A stretch of DNA of 64,000 bases from Candidatus Magasanikiibacteriota bacterium (lineage in GTDB: Bacteria; Patescibacteriota; Patescibacteriia; Magasanikbacterales; UBA922). Below the pieces are notes generated by a model. It had not been told where the DNA came from. It saw only the letters and a program-made list of their open reading frames with translations, and did no database searches. Shown piece after piece: positions 21,975 through 30,956 of the stretch (position 1 is the first letter of the stretch; each line of letters begins with the position of its first letter). Both the position numbers and the translations under genes were made by a program. The stretch is taken from NCBI GenBank assembly GCA_021648085.1, contig JAKITS010000001.1, forward strand, positions 324,948 through 388,947, read 5' to 3'.

Positions 21975-22480
21975 ATAAAGAAAAAATATTCCGATTATCA
22001 ACTTTTTGTTTTTACATAGGTTTAATTTTAGTTTTGGTAGCTTTAATATCAACCTCACGAATAGAATCAAATATTGTTTTGTTTATTTTTATCCCAATTG
22101 GAATAATTTTTTTTATTATTTCTGCCTTCTTTTTTGAAAAAACAGAGACAGAATATCAAAGAAAAATAAGTTGTCTAAAAAATAAAACTGAACCATTTAA
22201 ACCTTTTATTGATGAAGAAGTTTTAATTACAAAATGTCCAAAAGAATTTAAAACTCCAAACAAATGGACGCTTTTAACCATACGGATAATAGAAACTGGT
22301 TTTTTAGATAGCCTAGAAGATATTAGAAATTGGAATTTTAGAACAACAGATGACTTTTGGAAGAAAGCATATATTAAAAAACTATTAATTATTTCAAACT
22401 CGAAGCATTTAGAAAAAAAAGATAAGGTAGCAATTATAAGTTGGAAGCTGTCTTTAATTTTAAATGAGCCTCCTGAATAA
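21971..22480 (+). CDS. hypothetical membrane protein (169 aa)
   Basis: ORF overlapping the previous stop by 4 nt. Two N-terminal TM helices. Followed by the 22486-22516 hairpin. Confidence 0.5.
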   Translation: MNKEKIFRLSTFCFYIGLILVLVALISTSRIESNIVLFIFIPIGIIFFIISAFFFEKTETEYQRKISCLKNKTEPFKPFIDEEVLITKCPKEFKTPNKWTLLTIRIIETGFLDSLEDIRNWNFRTTDDFWKKAYIKKLLIISNSKHLEKKDKVAIISWKLSLILNEPPE

Positions 22481-22485
22481 AAATA

Positions 22486-22516
22486 TAAAACTGTCCTAAA
22501 ATAGGACAGTTTTATT
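22486..22516. terminator. bidirectional terminator hairpin (CTGTCCT-aaaat-AGGACAG flanked by A- and T-runs)
   Basis: Sits between convergent genes. Confidence 0.7.
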
Positions 22517-22519
22517 ATT

Positions 22520-22924
22520 TTATTTTAAACCATTTTCTTTGAAACATTTTACATATTTCTTATCCTCTTTATCCAAGTGGATGAGTAGCCAATCTATCAA
22601 ATGTTTTACTAATTTGTGTGTAACTTTTATTTTATTTTCGATATTTTCTTTTTTTAAATCTTGAATTTCTTTTATAAACTTATCGTGATATTTTTTATGA
22701 ATTTTTGCATTTTTATAGTGAAACTTATCAAAATAATCTTCTTCTGTTTTAAAATGAAATTTTATATGTTCTAAAACCTCCTCAAACATCCCAGAGATTA
22801 AATCCTTGGATTTTGGGATATCCACAGTATCATTAAATCTATTTACAATTTCTACAAATTTTTTATGCTGTTCATCTATAATATCAATCCCCAAACTATA
22901 TTCTTTCTTCCAAAAAAATGACAT
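22520..22924 (-). CDS. hemerythrin-like (HHE cation-binding) protein
   Basis: W-x-G-IDIID-x-QH-KKF N-terminus and downstream H/E/D ligand pattern typical of bacteriohemerythrin. Confidence 0.75.
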   Translation of the reverse strand: MSFFWKKEYSLGIDIIDEQHKKFVEIVNRFNDTVDIPKSKDLISGMFEEVLEHIKFHFKTEEDYFDKFHYKNAKIHKKYHDKFIKEIQDLKKENIENKIKVTHKLVKHLIDWLLIHLDKEDKKYVKCFKENGLK

Positions 22925-22986
22925 AATTTATATACTTATTTTTAATAATTTAAATTATATAACAAAATATAAAATTATACTAAAAA

Positions 22987-23016
22987 TAAAAAGTCCTTCT
23001 CAGGACTTTTTATTTT
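22987..23016. terminator. terminator hairpin AAAAAGTCCT-tctc-AGGACTTTTT
   Basis: Perfect palindrome immediately downstream of the RND gene stop. Confidence 0.7.
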
Positions 23017-23021
23017 TAAAT

Positions 23022-26000
23022 TTATTTATTTCTTTTAAATCTATAAACTATTTTTCTACGAATTCTTTTGAAGCTTTCTGCTCCAGACTCAACCCATTGG
23101 TATAGAATTGGAGTCATAAACAATGATAATATTGCTGAAGACAAAATTCCAAATATAATAGACGCTGCCAATCCTTTCCAGAATGGAGATAAGAATACAA
23201 GTGGCGCCAAACTTCCAAGTGCAGTAAGTTGTGTTAAAATAATAGGTCTAAACCTTACAGTCACTGCAGTAGAAATAGCTTCTGCTGTACTCTTCCCTGT
23301 TCTCTTCAGTTGGTTTGCATAATCAATAAGCAAAATGGTCACATTTACCACAATTCCTGCCATTGTGACAACACCAAGCAACTCCAAAAATCCAAGCTGT
23401 CCAGTTGTAATCCAAAGTGCAAAGAATACTCCAACCAATCCAAGTGGAATCGCAAACAAAATGATAAATGGTTTTATATAAGACTTGAAAAATCCAACTA
23501 ACAAAACATAAATCATAAATATTGCAATCGCCAAAGCAACAAGCAAATCTGTAAAGGATTGTGTAATAGAATCTGCAGTTCCTTCATAATTAAGTGCATC
23601 TTCACTCAACCCCAACTCTTCCAATTTTTCTTTTGATAGATAATCTTCCAAATCATTTTGGATTTTTCCAGAATCACCACCATCTTTTACAGATGCATAA
23701 ACTTCTACATATCTATCGCCGTTCACACGCTGAATCGTAGTTGATTCTTTATTTTCTTTTTCAGAAATAATATCTGCCACAGTCACAACTTCTGGTTTTT
23801 CTACAAACCTCTCTGGATTTTGAATTCCTTGTACTCTCATTTTAGTCAAGGTTTGTTCATAAATCACTTCTTCCATTGTTGGAACTGGAATATCTAGTAA
23901 ATCCTGTTCAGAAACAATCTCTGGTGTAATCTTTGAAATAATCTCATAATTCTTACCGTTCAATTCAATATCACCCAATTCATTTTCAGCCAAACGCTCA
24001 TTTAGTGAAGAATAGATCAAAAATGGATTTTGTGCATTTTTATTTTCAACATCCAAGACGAGTGTAATTGCTCCACCAGAACTTCCTTCTGAAACATTAT
24101 CTTCCACGCGTTCAATATCTTCTATTCCACTCAAATATGCTTTAATATCTTCTACTGCTATCATCAAAGATTCGGTCTCATCCCCCATCAATCTTACACG
24201 AATTGGAAATGAATCTTGCGGAGGACCTTCGCCATTTGTAGAAGCTTTAATATCCGCATCCAGATTTAATTCTTCAAAAGAATTATTCATAAACTCTGCA
24301 ACTTCGTCCGAAGTTCGCATTTCTTTATCAGCTCTTTCATTTATTGATAGTAATTGCGCTAGTATTACAAATGAATTTCCATTTTGTTGATAAAAACTAA
24401 AATTCTCTATTTCTGGAGTATTTTTCAAAACATCTTGAACCGGAACAACAATATCATAAACAGCCTTTTCAAAAGACCATTCATTTGAAATGTCACCTTC
24501 TATCAAAAGAAATACAGCATCTTTGGATGAAGAAAACTGCACAACCTCAATAGCACCTGTTTTTATAAGTACTCCACCAGAAATAAACGGGAGAGATAGA
24601 ATTGTAAAAAATAAGACTATTCTTAGCACAAACCTTGGTTTTGTCTTACCCAAAAGCCATTTTATACTTTTGCCAATCCACTGCCCAACCTTCCATGTTC
24701 CTATAATTTCACTATCAATCCCTTCTACATTTACTATACTGCGTTTTTTGAATATTCTTGCCGCAAGCGATGTAAAAAATATTGCTGGAATTACCATAGA
24801 AGCAACCATTGCCGGAATAACAGTTGCTGGAATATATTTGATAATTTCACCAAAAAATCCAGAAACAATACCAAACGGTACAAAAACTAAGATATTTGTA
24901 GAAACTGCCAAAAACACACCAGATCCTACAGTATTCCAAGTCTTTGCAGCAGATTCACGAGCTGAAAAACCCTGATCTTTGAAGCGTTGCAGTGACTCCA
25001 AAAATACAATACTTGGGTCTATCACAAGTCCAATAGTCAATACCATTGAAAATAAAACCAAAGTATTCATCTCAATTCCAACAGAATTTAAATAAATAAA
25101 AGAGAAAAATAATGAAAGTGGAATGGACGCTGCAGCAAGCAATGCTACACGCAAATTCATAAACAAAAGCAAAAGTAACACTACAAATGCAAGCCCACCA
25201 AACATATAACCCAAAAATCCAAGCTTTCCCCAACCATCTATATTCCCACCAAAAATACTCTGTGTAATCTCCTCAATTTGACGACGAGTATCGTCTGCTT
25301 GATTATAAAGCATCACATATTTTCCAAATTCCTCCTCATTTAGCTCTGCCAAAACAATTCTGATACTATCGTCTAAATCCAAAATATCTGCCCCGCTTTC
25401 CATTTTTATAGCATAAACCAAAGAACGCTCCACGCTTAATTTTTCTTTATTTTCCTCTCTAAATCCAGTACGGTTATAAAAATCATTATTGTTTAATGTT
25501 GTGCTAATTTCTGCGATATCTGCCAAAACAATACCCTCTCCAACAACAAAATTTTTCACATCATCCAGAGTCGAAATACTCTTTTCCAATATAATACTAA
25601 CAGACTCATCGTCTCCATTAAAAGAGCCTGCTGGAGCTTTAAATTCTGCCATGGCCAATGCATCTTCTACTTGCTTACGAGAAAGACCTTTTTCAACCAA
25701 CCTATCGTTATCAAAAGAAATTACTACCTGAGGTGTCAATTCATTTTGAACATTTACCTCCTTTACACCATCTAATTTTTGCAATATACTTTGCAATTCA
25801 TTTCCTTTACTATATAGTTCCCACTCATCTCCATAGCCTGTAATTCCAAGCAAAAACTCTCCAGGACCTGCTACAGAAAATTTATTCACCACAGGATCTT
25901 TTGCACCTTCTGGCAATTTTACTCCTGCCATTTTTGTATTCAAATCTGCAATTGCGTCATTTACATCTGCTTTTGCATCAAATGTCACAATCGCTGTACC

Positions 26001-26282
26001 AAAAGAATTTCCAGCAATAGTTTTATATTCCTCCACATCCTCCATTTCTTTTAAAGTATTCTCCAATGGAATCAAAACCTCTTTTTCCACCTGCGTTTCA
26101 CTTGCGTTTGGGTATACTACATTTACACTAGCAATATTTACATTCACATCTGGAAATCCTTGTTTTTGCATTTGTGAAACAGAAATTCCGCCAAATACAA
26201 CTAAGAATACAAATACCAAAAAAAGTATTTTTCCATTATTAAATAGAATATCTATAAATTTATTTTTTACATTTTCAGGCAT
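23022..26282 (-). CDS. RND-superfamily exporter (AcrB/HAE-like, 12-TM, two large periplasmic loops)
   Basis: 1086 aa. N-terminus shows the AcrB pattern (QYP..V..P.V.V...YPGA...VE). No adaptor or outer-membrane partner gene adjacent. Confidence 0.85.
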   Translation of the reverse strand: MPENVKNKFIDILFNNGKILFLVFVFLVVFGGISVSQMQKQGFPDVNVNIASVNVVYPNASETQVEKEVLIPLENTLKEMEDVEEYKTIAGNSFGTAIVTFDAKADVNDAIADLNTKMAGVKLPEGAKDPVVNKFSVAGPGEFLLGITGYGDEWELYSKGNELQSILQKLDGVKEVNVQNELTPQVVISFDNDRLVEKGLSRKQVEDALAMAEFKAPAGSFNGDDESVSIILEKSISTLDDVKNFVVGEGIVLADIAEISTTLNNNDFYNRTGFREENKEKLSVERSLVYAIKMESGADILDLDDSIRIVLAELNEEEFGKYVMLYNQADDTRRQIEEITQSIFGGNIDGWGKLGFLGYMFGGLAFVVLLLLLFMNLRVALLAAASIPLSLFFSFIYLNSVGIEMNTLVLFSMVLTIGLVIDPSIVFLESLQRFKDQGFSARESAAKTWNTVGSGVFLAVSTNILVFVPFGIVSGFFGEIIKYIPATVIPAMVASMVIPAIFFTSLAARIFKKRSIVNVEGIDSEIIGTWKVGQWIGKSIKWLLGKTKPRFVLRIVLFFTILSLPFISGGVLIKTGAIEVVQFSSSKDAVFLLIEGDISNEWSFEKAVYDIVVPVQDVLKNTPEIENFSFYQQNGNSFVILAQLLSINERADKEMRTSDEVAEFMNNSFEELNLDADIKASTNGEGPPQDSFPIRVRLMGDETESLMIAVEDIKAYLSGIEDIERVEDNVSEGSSGGAITLVLDVENKNAQNPFLIYSSLNERLAENELGDIELNGKNYEIISKITPEIVSEQDLLDIPVPTMEEVIYEQTLTKMRVQGIQNPERFVEKPEVVTVADIISEKENKESTTIQRVNGDRYVEVYASVKDGGDSGKIQNDLEDYLSKEKLEELGLSEDALNYEGTADSITQSFTDLLVALAIAIFMIYVLLVGFFKSYIKPFIILFAIPLGLVGVFFALWITTGQLGFLELLGVVTMAGIVVNVTILLIDYANQLKRTGKSTAEAISTAVTVRFRPIILTQLTALGSLAPLVFLSPFWKGLAASIIFGILSSAILSLFMTPILYQWVESGAESFKRIRRKIVYRFKRNK

Positions 26283-26400
26283 AAAATTTTTTTAAAAATT
26301 ATATTCAAATCTACTTTTTTAATTACAAATTTGTTATTTTAAGAATTTTTTATAATACATTATTTTTAGCTTTTAGTCAAGTAAAAAATCTATTATAAAT

Positions 26401-26431
26401 AAAAAACTACTGATATTTCCAGTAGTTTTTT
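26401..26431. terminator. terminator hairpin AAAAAACTACTG-atatttc-CAGTAGTTTTTT
   Basis: Perfect 12-bp palindrome with flanking A/T runs, 14 nt after the stop of the small basic ORF. Confidence 0.7.
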
Positions 26432-26444
26432 ATTTACTCTATTT

Positions 26445-26564
26445 TTAATTTTTGCGTTTTTTAATTTTCACGCTTTTTCTAGGTTTCAATTTCTTTTTCA
26501 ATCTTTTTCCTATTGTTGTATTTTTCTGTGAGTGTTTAATTCTAGATTTTAGTGCACTATTCAT
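26445..26564 (-). CDS. possible small basic protein (39 aa, MNSALKSRIKHSQKNTTIGKRLKKKLKPRKSVKIKKRKN)
   Basis: Below the ORF-track size cutoff. Has its own TTGCTT-17-TATAAT promoter and its own terminator. Ribosomal-protein-like composition, but no family recognised. Confidence 0.35.
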   Translation of the reverse strand: MNSALKSRIKHSQKNTTIGKRLKKKLKPRKSVKIKKRKN

Positions 26565-26663
26565 AAATTTTATTTAAACTTAATATTCTACAATTATACA
26601 CAATTCCTTATAAAAAAGCAAGTGTTCAAGCTCTTCTTTTAATTTATTATAATTATTTCGATA

Positions 26664-27569
26664 TTAAGAAGATTTTTTACCTTTTAACTTTTTAAGTTCT
26701 TTTTTTAAATCCACCATTTTCATCTCTCTTTCTGATATAAGTTTTTCTATTTTTTTAGATTTAATTTTATCCTTTTTCTTTCTTTTTTTATCTTTTTCTT
26801 TTTTTGTAATATCCTCAAAAATTGTCACAAACTTGTCTTTTCCAACTTTATAGGCTGATATAGAATAATGCCTCCCAAGCTCTTTACTAAATTGATCGAA
26901 TTTTATACTTTTACCAGATGAGATAACCTTTCCATAAATTTTTATAAAATTAGAATTTCTTATACCAGGTATCACATCTGTTACTTTTTTATTTAATACC
27001 TCATCTTTCTTCAGTCCTGTTAATTTTTCAAAAGCTGGGTTAATACCTAAAAAAATATAATCTTTAGGTCTATTGTGTTTATTGAATAGCATTTTATGAA
27101 ATGCTATTCCAAAAGGAGAATTTTCTACCAAAAGCTTATTATATTTATTATTTTTTGCTAATTCTTTTTCTATCTTTTTTCTTTTTGAAATATCTCGCAC
27201 TGTCGCCTGAAGAGCTGGCTCGCCTTTAATTTTTAAGCGACTTAACAAAACCTCTGCTGGAAAATTCTTTCCACTTGATGTTTTATGCACCCACTCAAAA
27301 AACTGTCTTCCCTCGTCAAATGCTTTTTTAATATATTTGTTTGCTTTTTCAAAAGAATTTTTACCGTCTGGCTGTTTTGCTGGAGACAAATCTGACGGAT
27401 GTGTTTTTACAAACTCTTCTACTGAGTCTATTTCAAATAAATCTAATGTTGTCTTATTACAATCAAAAAAACCTTTTTTATTCAAAAGCATTATTGCATC
27501 TCTTGAAGTTTCAAACAGGGATTTGTAATTTACTTGTTTTCTAAGTTTTTTATGAGATCGTTCTTTCAT
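26664..27569 (-). CDS. PAS-domain protein (two PAS-like repeats plus Lys-rich C-terminal tail, no output domain)
   Basis: Two PAS-like segments (FETSRDAIMLL... and LLVENSPFGIAFH... with ATVRDISKRKK and IFEDITKKEK caps). Confidence 0.6.
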   Translation of the reverse strand: MKERSHKKLRKQVNYKSLFETSRDAIMLLNKKGFFDCNKTTLDLFEIDSVEEFVKTHPSDLSPAKQPDGKNSFEKANKYIKKAFDEGRQFFEWVHKTSSGKNFPAEVLLSRLKIKGEPALQATVRDISKRKKIEKELAKNNKYNKLLVENSPFGIAFHKMLFNKHNRPKDYIFLGINPAFEKLTGLKKDEVLNKKVTDVIPGIRNSNFIKIYGKVISSGKSIKFDQFSKELGRHYSISAYKVGKDKFVTIFEDITKKEKDKKRKKKDKIKSKKIEKLISEREMKMVDLKKELKKLKGKKSS

Positions 27570-27669
27570 AATTTATTTTAATTAATCTTTTAATCTTATA
27601 ATATCACAATTAACAAAATTGAGTAAATAAAAAGTAACACATATTAGGTTACTTTTTCGCTCGACGGGT

Positions 27670-28119
27670 CGGATTCGAACCGACGACCAATTGGTTACAC
27701 TCTACCCTCTGTTCCCAGAAGAAGTGGACTATATTATCACCCTCGCCTAAACCGCGTAAATCGCGGACGTTAGGGTGCGAAGCGCTTCCCAACAAATTGC
27801 AAACAATCTGTAAGTACTCCCGTAAAGGGATAGTCTCTGAACCTTCCGAATATAAGTCCTTATTACACAGACTATGCAAAACACATAAAGTGTACATATT
27901 CCTTTTTGTAATCTTTGGACTATACAAGGCTTGGCTGCTGATTGCCCTTGATATAGGGAACTGTTATTAAATACCATTTCTATTAAAAGCGTATTTAATG
28001 ACAGTTCCCAATTCATCGATTGGGTTTCCAGCAATTCACTTCGTTATTCACCTTGATGTTTCCACCAAGGGCTGCATTTTATATATACAGCCAACTGCTC
28101 TACCACTGAGCTACCGTCG
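27670..28119 (-). tRNA. tRNA-Asn(GUU), split by an intron in the anticodon loop (5' exon 28086-28119, 3' exon 27670-27707)
   Basis: Minus strand. 5' half TCGACGG-TA-GCTCAGTGGTAGAGC-A-GTTGG-CTGT and 3' half TAA-CCAAT-TGGTC-GTCGGTTCGAATCCGAC-CCGTCGA-G. Acceptor stem and T-arm are perfect. The spliced anticodon loop is CUGUUAA. Confidence 0.75.
27708..28085 (-). other. group I-like self-splicing intron (about 378 nt) inside tRNA-Asn
   Basis: Exon GGCUGU pairs with intron GCAGCC 9 nt into the intron (P1 with a U-G wobble at the splice site). P2 is CCTTGGTG-GAAA-CATCAAGG. CAGAGACTA motif in the P7 region. Intron ends in G (omega-G). The ORFs called inside it are spurious. Confidence 0.65.
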
Positions 28120-28165
28120 AATATTGGAACCTGAAAGATTCCTTTTGTAAAAATTACACCCCATC

Positions 28166-28194
28166 ATTATATACCATTCTTCAAAAAAAAGCAA
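28166..28194 (-). promoter_or_regulatory. sigma70-type promoter for the intron-containing tRNA (TTGCTT - 17 - TATAAT on minus strand)
   Basis: The reverse complement of 28166-28205 reads TTGAAAACACTTGCTT-17nt-TATAAT. The same upstream block, TTGAACACTTGCTT, precedes the small basic ORF at about 26612-26640. Confidence 0.55.
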
Positions 28195-28407
28195 GTGTTT
28201 TCAAGGATTAAAAAAAGAGCCTTTGAAAAAGCTCTTTAAATTCTTAATTATGATTACGATTTACATTGTTTACACTTTTTACAAAAATAATATTGAAAAA
28301 TAAATATATTTTTAGTAATAAAAGTATAATTTAAAACTTTTTCTTTCTTTTTTATTTAATTCTAACTTTCAACTTTAAAAACTTTATAGACTTTTCAACT
28401 TCTTCTG

Positions 28408-28503
28408 CCATCCTTAGCTTGACTAAAAATCCAGGGTTTAACTCAACATTCATTTACTAAAGACTCTGGATTCCCGATCAAGTCGGGAATGACATAAAGC
28501 AAA
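28408..28503. repeat. intergenic repeat family R2, copy A (contains ACTCTGGATTCC and hairpin ATTCCCGA-tcaag-TCGGGAAT)
   Basis: Homologous copy at 42945-43052 and partial copies at 55975-56000 and 56070-56102. Confidence 0.6.
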
Positions 28504-28504
28504 T

Positions 28505-28625
28505 ACGTCATATTGAGCGAAGTGAAACGGAGTCGAAATATCTCGAAACCATATCACCAAAACTATGAATATTTAAAGTTCTTATTAAATTATCTCGAGA
28601 TCCCCCTACTGTCGCTCAGGATGGC
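28505..28625. repeat. structured repeat family R1, copy A (about 120 nt, three nested helices)
   Basis: Outer helix CGTCATATTGAGCG/CGCTCAGGATGGCG, middle ATCTCGA/TCGAGAT, inner AGAACT-atgaatatttaa-AGTTCT. Second copy at 41814-41935 with compensatory substitutions. Confidence 0.65.
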
Positions 28626-28670
28626 GTCTATATTTTCTAACTTTCTACTTTTCTAACTTCATTAACTTTT

Positions 28671-30869
28671 CTAATCAAGCTTCCTCCTTTTCAAAAGTAA
28701 AGAATTCAAAACAACAGAAATACTACTCATGGCCATCGCAAGCCCAGCATATTCTGCTTTCAAAAGTCCTAGTGCGGCAATTGGAATTCCCACACTATTA
28801 TAAAACAATGCCCAAAACATATTTTGTCTTATTTTACTCATAGTCATCCTACTCAGACGAATTGCCTTCACAGCATCCAAAATATCATTTTTCACCAACA
28901 CGATATCTCCAGATTCTATTGCCACATCTGTACCGCTACTCATAGCAATTCCAAGATCTGCTTGAGCCAAAGCCGGCGCGTCATTTATCCCATCTCCAAC
29001 CATTGCAACAAGCTCGCCTTTTTCTTGAATTTTCTTTATTTCTCCTGCTTTTTCTTCGGGCATTATTTCTGCCAAAACTTTGTCTATCCCAACTTTTTTT
29101 GCTATTGCTTCAGCTGTTTTCTTGTTATCTCCCGTCATTATTACACTTTTTATACCCATTTTATGTAGAAGTTTCAAAGCCTTTTTAGATGTTTTCTTCA
29201 CTGTATCTGCCACCGCCACCAAACCAATTACTTCTTTTTCTACTCCCACTATCATTACTGTTTTTCCCTCGCCTTCCAACTTGCTTTTTTTATTTTTCAG
29301 ATGAGATTCAAACTTTATACCATTTTTTTGCATAAATTTTTCAGTCCCCACATAAACTTCTTTTTTATCTATTACTCCACAAATTCCACTTCCTGGCACA
29401 GCTCTAAATTTACTCACCTCACTCAATTTAATTTTATCTTCTGCTGCTTTTTTCAATATAGCATCTGCCAAAGAATGCTCAGAATTTTTTTCCAAAGATG
29501 CAGACAAGCTCAACAATTCGGTTTTCTTTATTTCTTTTTTCGCAATAACCAAATTGGTCACAACAGGTTTTCCTTTGGTCAAAGTTCCAGTTTTATCAAA
29601 AACAACAGTTTTTACTTTTCCCGCAATTTCCAAGGCTTCACCTGTTTTTATCAAAATTCCATTTTCAGCACCTTTGCCAGTTCCCACTATAATTGCAGTA
29701 GGCGTCGCCAAACCAAGCGCGCATGGACAAGCTATAACAAGCACGGCGGTAAACGCAAGAAGTGCTGAAACGAAAGTAGAGCCGACTACAAAAAACCAAA
29801 CCACAAATGTCACAATCGCAATCACAACAACCGTTGGAACAAAATAGCTAGAGATTTTGTCGGCATATTTTTGAATTGGAGCTTTTGAACCTTGTGCCTC
29901 TTCTACCACTTTTATAATATGCGACAAAACTGTGTCTGCCCCAACTTTTTCTGCTTTAAATGTAAAACTTCCATTTTTGTTTATTGTTGCACCAATTACA
30001 TCACTTCCCTTCTTTTTGTCCACTGGAATACTTTCTCCAGAAATCATAGACTCATCTACTGCAGATCGTCCGTTCAAAACAACACCATCAACAGGAATTT
30101 TTTCACCGGGACGAATTACTATAGTATCCCCTACTTTTACACTTTCTATTTTAACCTCTACTTCTTTTCCATTTTTCAAAATCCTCGCAGTTTTTGCCTG
30201 CAAACCAATCAATTTTTTTATAGCGTCTCCTGCTTTTCCTTTTACCCTAGCTTCTAGCCATTTTCCCAAAACTATAAAAGTTATAAGCAAAGCTGAAGTC
30301 TCAAAAAACACCTCTCCACCCAAAATATAAGTAGATGCTAAACTATAAAAATATGCTGCACTCGTCCCAACTGCAACCAAAGTATCCATATTTGCAGTTT
30401 TGTTGCGCGTTGCATAATACATTCCTCTATAAAATCTGTAACCTATTCCAAATTGAATTATTCCTGCGAGCACAGATTGAACGACTAAACTTCCAAAAGA
30501 TTTGTTCATCAAAAACATACTCAAAATCAAAACAGGCAATGCCAAAAATGCACTTAGTAAAAATAAGTTGCGCTCTTTTTTTATTTCTTTTTTGGTATCA
30601 ATTTTTGAATGGTTGTGGTTATTAATATTTAAACCTTCTTCACCTTTCTTTTTTGATACCACCCCAACCATCTTATATCCACTTTTCTTTATTACCCTCT
30701 CTACTTCACTTGCATCCAAATCACCCTCTATTGTCGCTTTTTGTGTAGCATAATTTACATTCGCACGTTTTACACCTTTTAATTTTGATAAGTTTTTTTC
30801 TATTGTTATCGCACAAGACGCGCAGTGCATCCCTTCTATTCCATACTGTTTAATTTCTTTTTTATCCAT
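28671..30869 (-). CDS. copA: copper-translocating P1B-type ATPase
   Basis: N-terminal HMA domain GMHCASC, CPC in TM6, DKTGTLT, and GDGINDAPAL. 732 aa. Confidence 0.93.
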   Translation of the reverse strand: MDKKEIKQYGIEGMHCASCAITIEKNLSKLKGVKRANVNYATQKATIEGDLDASEVERVIKKSGYKMVGVVSKKKGEEGLNINNHNHSKIDTKKEIKKERNLFLLSAFLALPVLILSMFLMNKSFGSLVVQSVLAGIIQFGIGYRFYRGMYYATRNKTANMDTLVAVGTSAAYFYSLASTYILGGEVFFETSALLITFIVLGKWLEARVKGKAGDAIKKLIGLQAKTARILKNGKEVEVKIESVKVGDTIVIRPGEKIPVDGVVLNGRSAVDESMISGESIPVDKKKGSDVIGATINKNGSFTFKAEKVGADTVLSHIIKVVEEAQGSKAPIQKYADKISSYFVPTVVVIAIVTFVVWFFVVGSTFVSALLAFTAVLVIACPCALGLATPTAIIVGTGKGAENGILIKTGEALEIAGKVKTVVFDKTGTLTKGKPVVTNLVIAKKEIKKTELLSLSASLEKNSEHSLADAILKKAAEDKIKLSEVSKFRAVPGSGICGVIDKKEVYVGTEKFMQKNGIKFESHLKNKKSKLEGEGKTVMIVGVEKEVIGLVAVADTVKKTSKKALKLLHKMGIKSVIMTGDNKKTAEAIAKKVGIDKVLAEIMPEEKAGEIKKIQEKGELVAMVGDGINDAPALAQADLGIAMSSGTDVAIESGDIVLVKNDILDAVKAIRLSRMTMSKIRQNMFWALFYNSVGIPIAALGLLKAEYAGLAMAMSSISVVLNSLLLKRRKLD

Positions 30870-30956
30870 ATACTTCTAAATTACTAAATATTTTACACAA
30901 TACCCACTTATTATAACATTTTTCAAGTTTTATGCGGGTATTGTGCAAAATCTAAA

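Noticed and set aside
23022-26282. Expectation of an adjacent membrane-fusion or outer-membrane partner for the RND pump
   Set aside because: Neither flank encodes one (hemerythrin on one side, a small basic ORF on the other). The pump may work alone, as in monoderm HAE/MMPL-type exporters, or its partners may be encoded elsewhere. It was not reported as a tripartite system.
27649-28034. Two minus-strand ORFs (92 and 95 aa) between the tRNA halves
   Set aside because: They sit inside the highly structured intron of tRNA-Asn. A ~378-nt intron is too small for a homing endonuclease, and the ORFs lack an RBS, so they are judged spurious.
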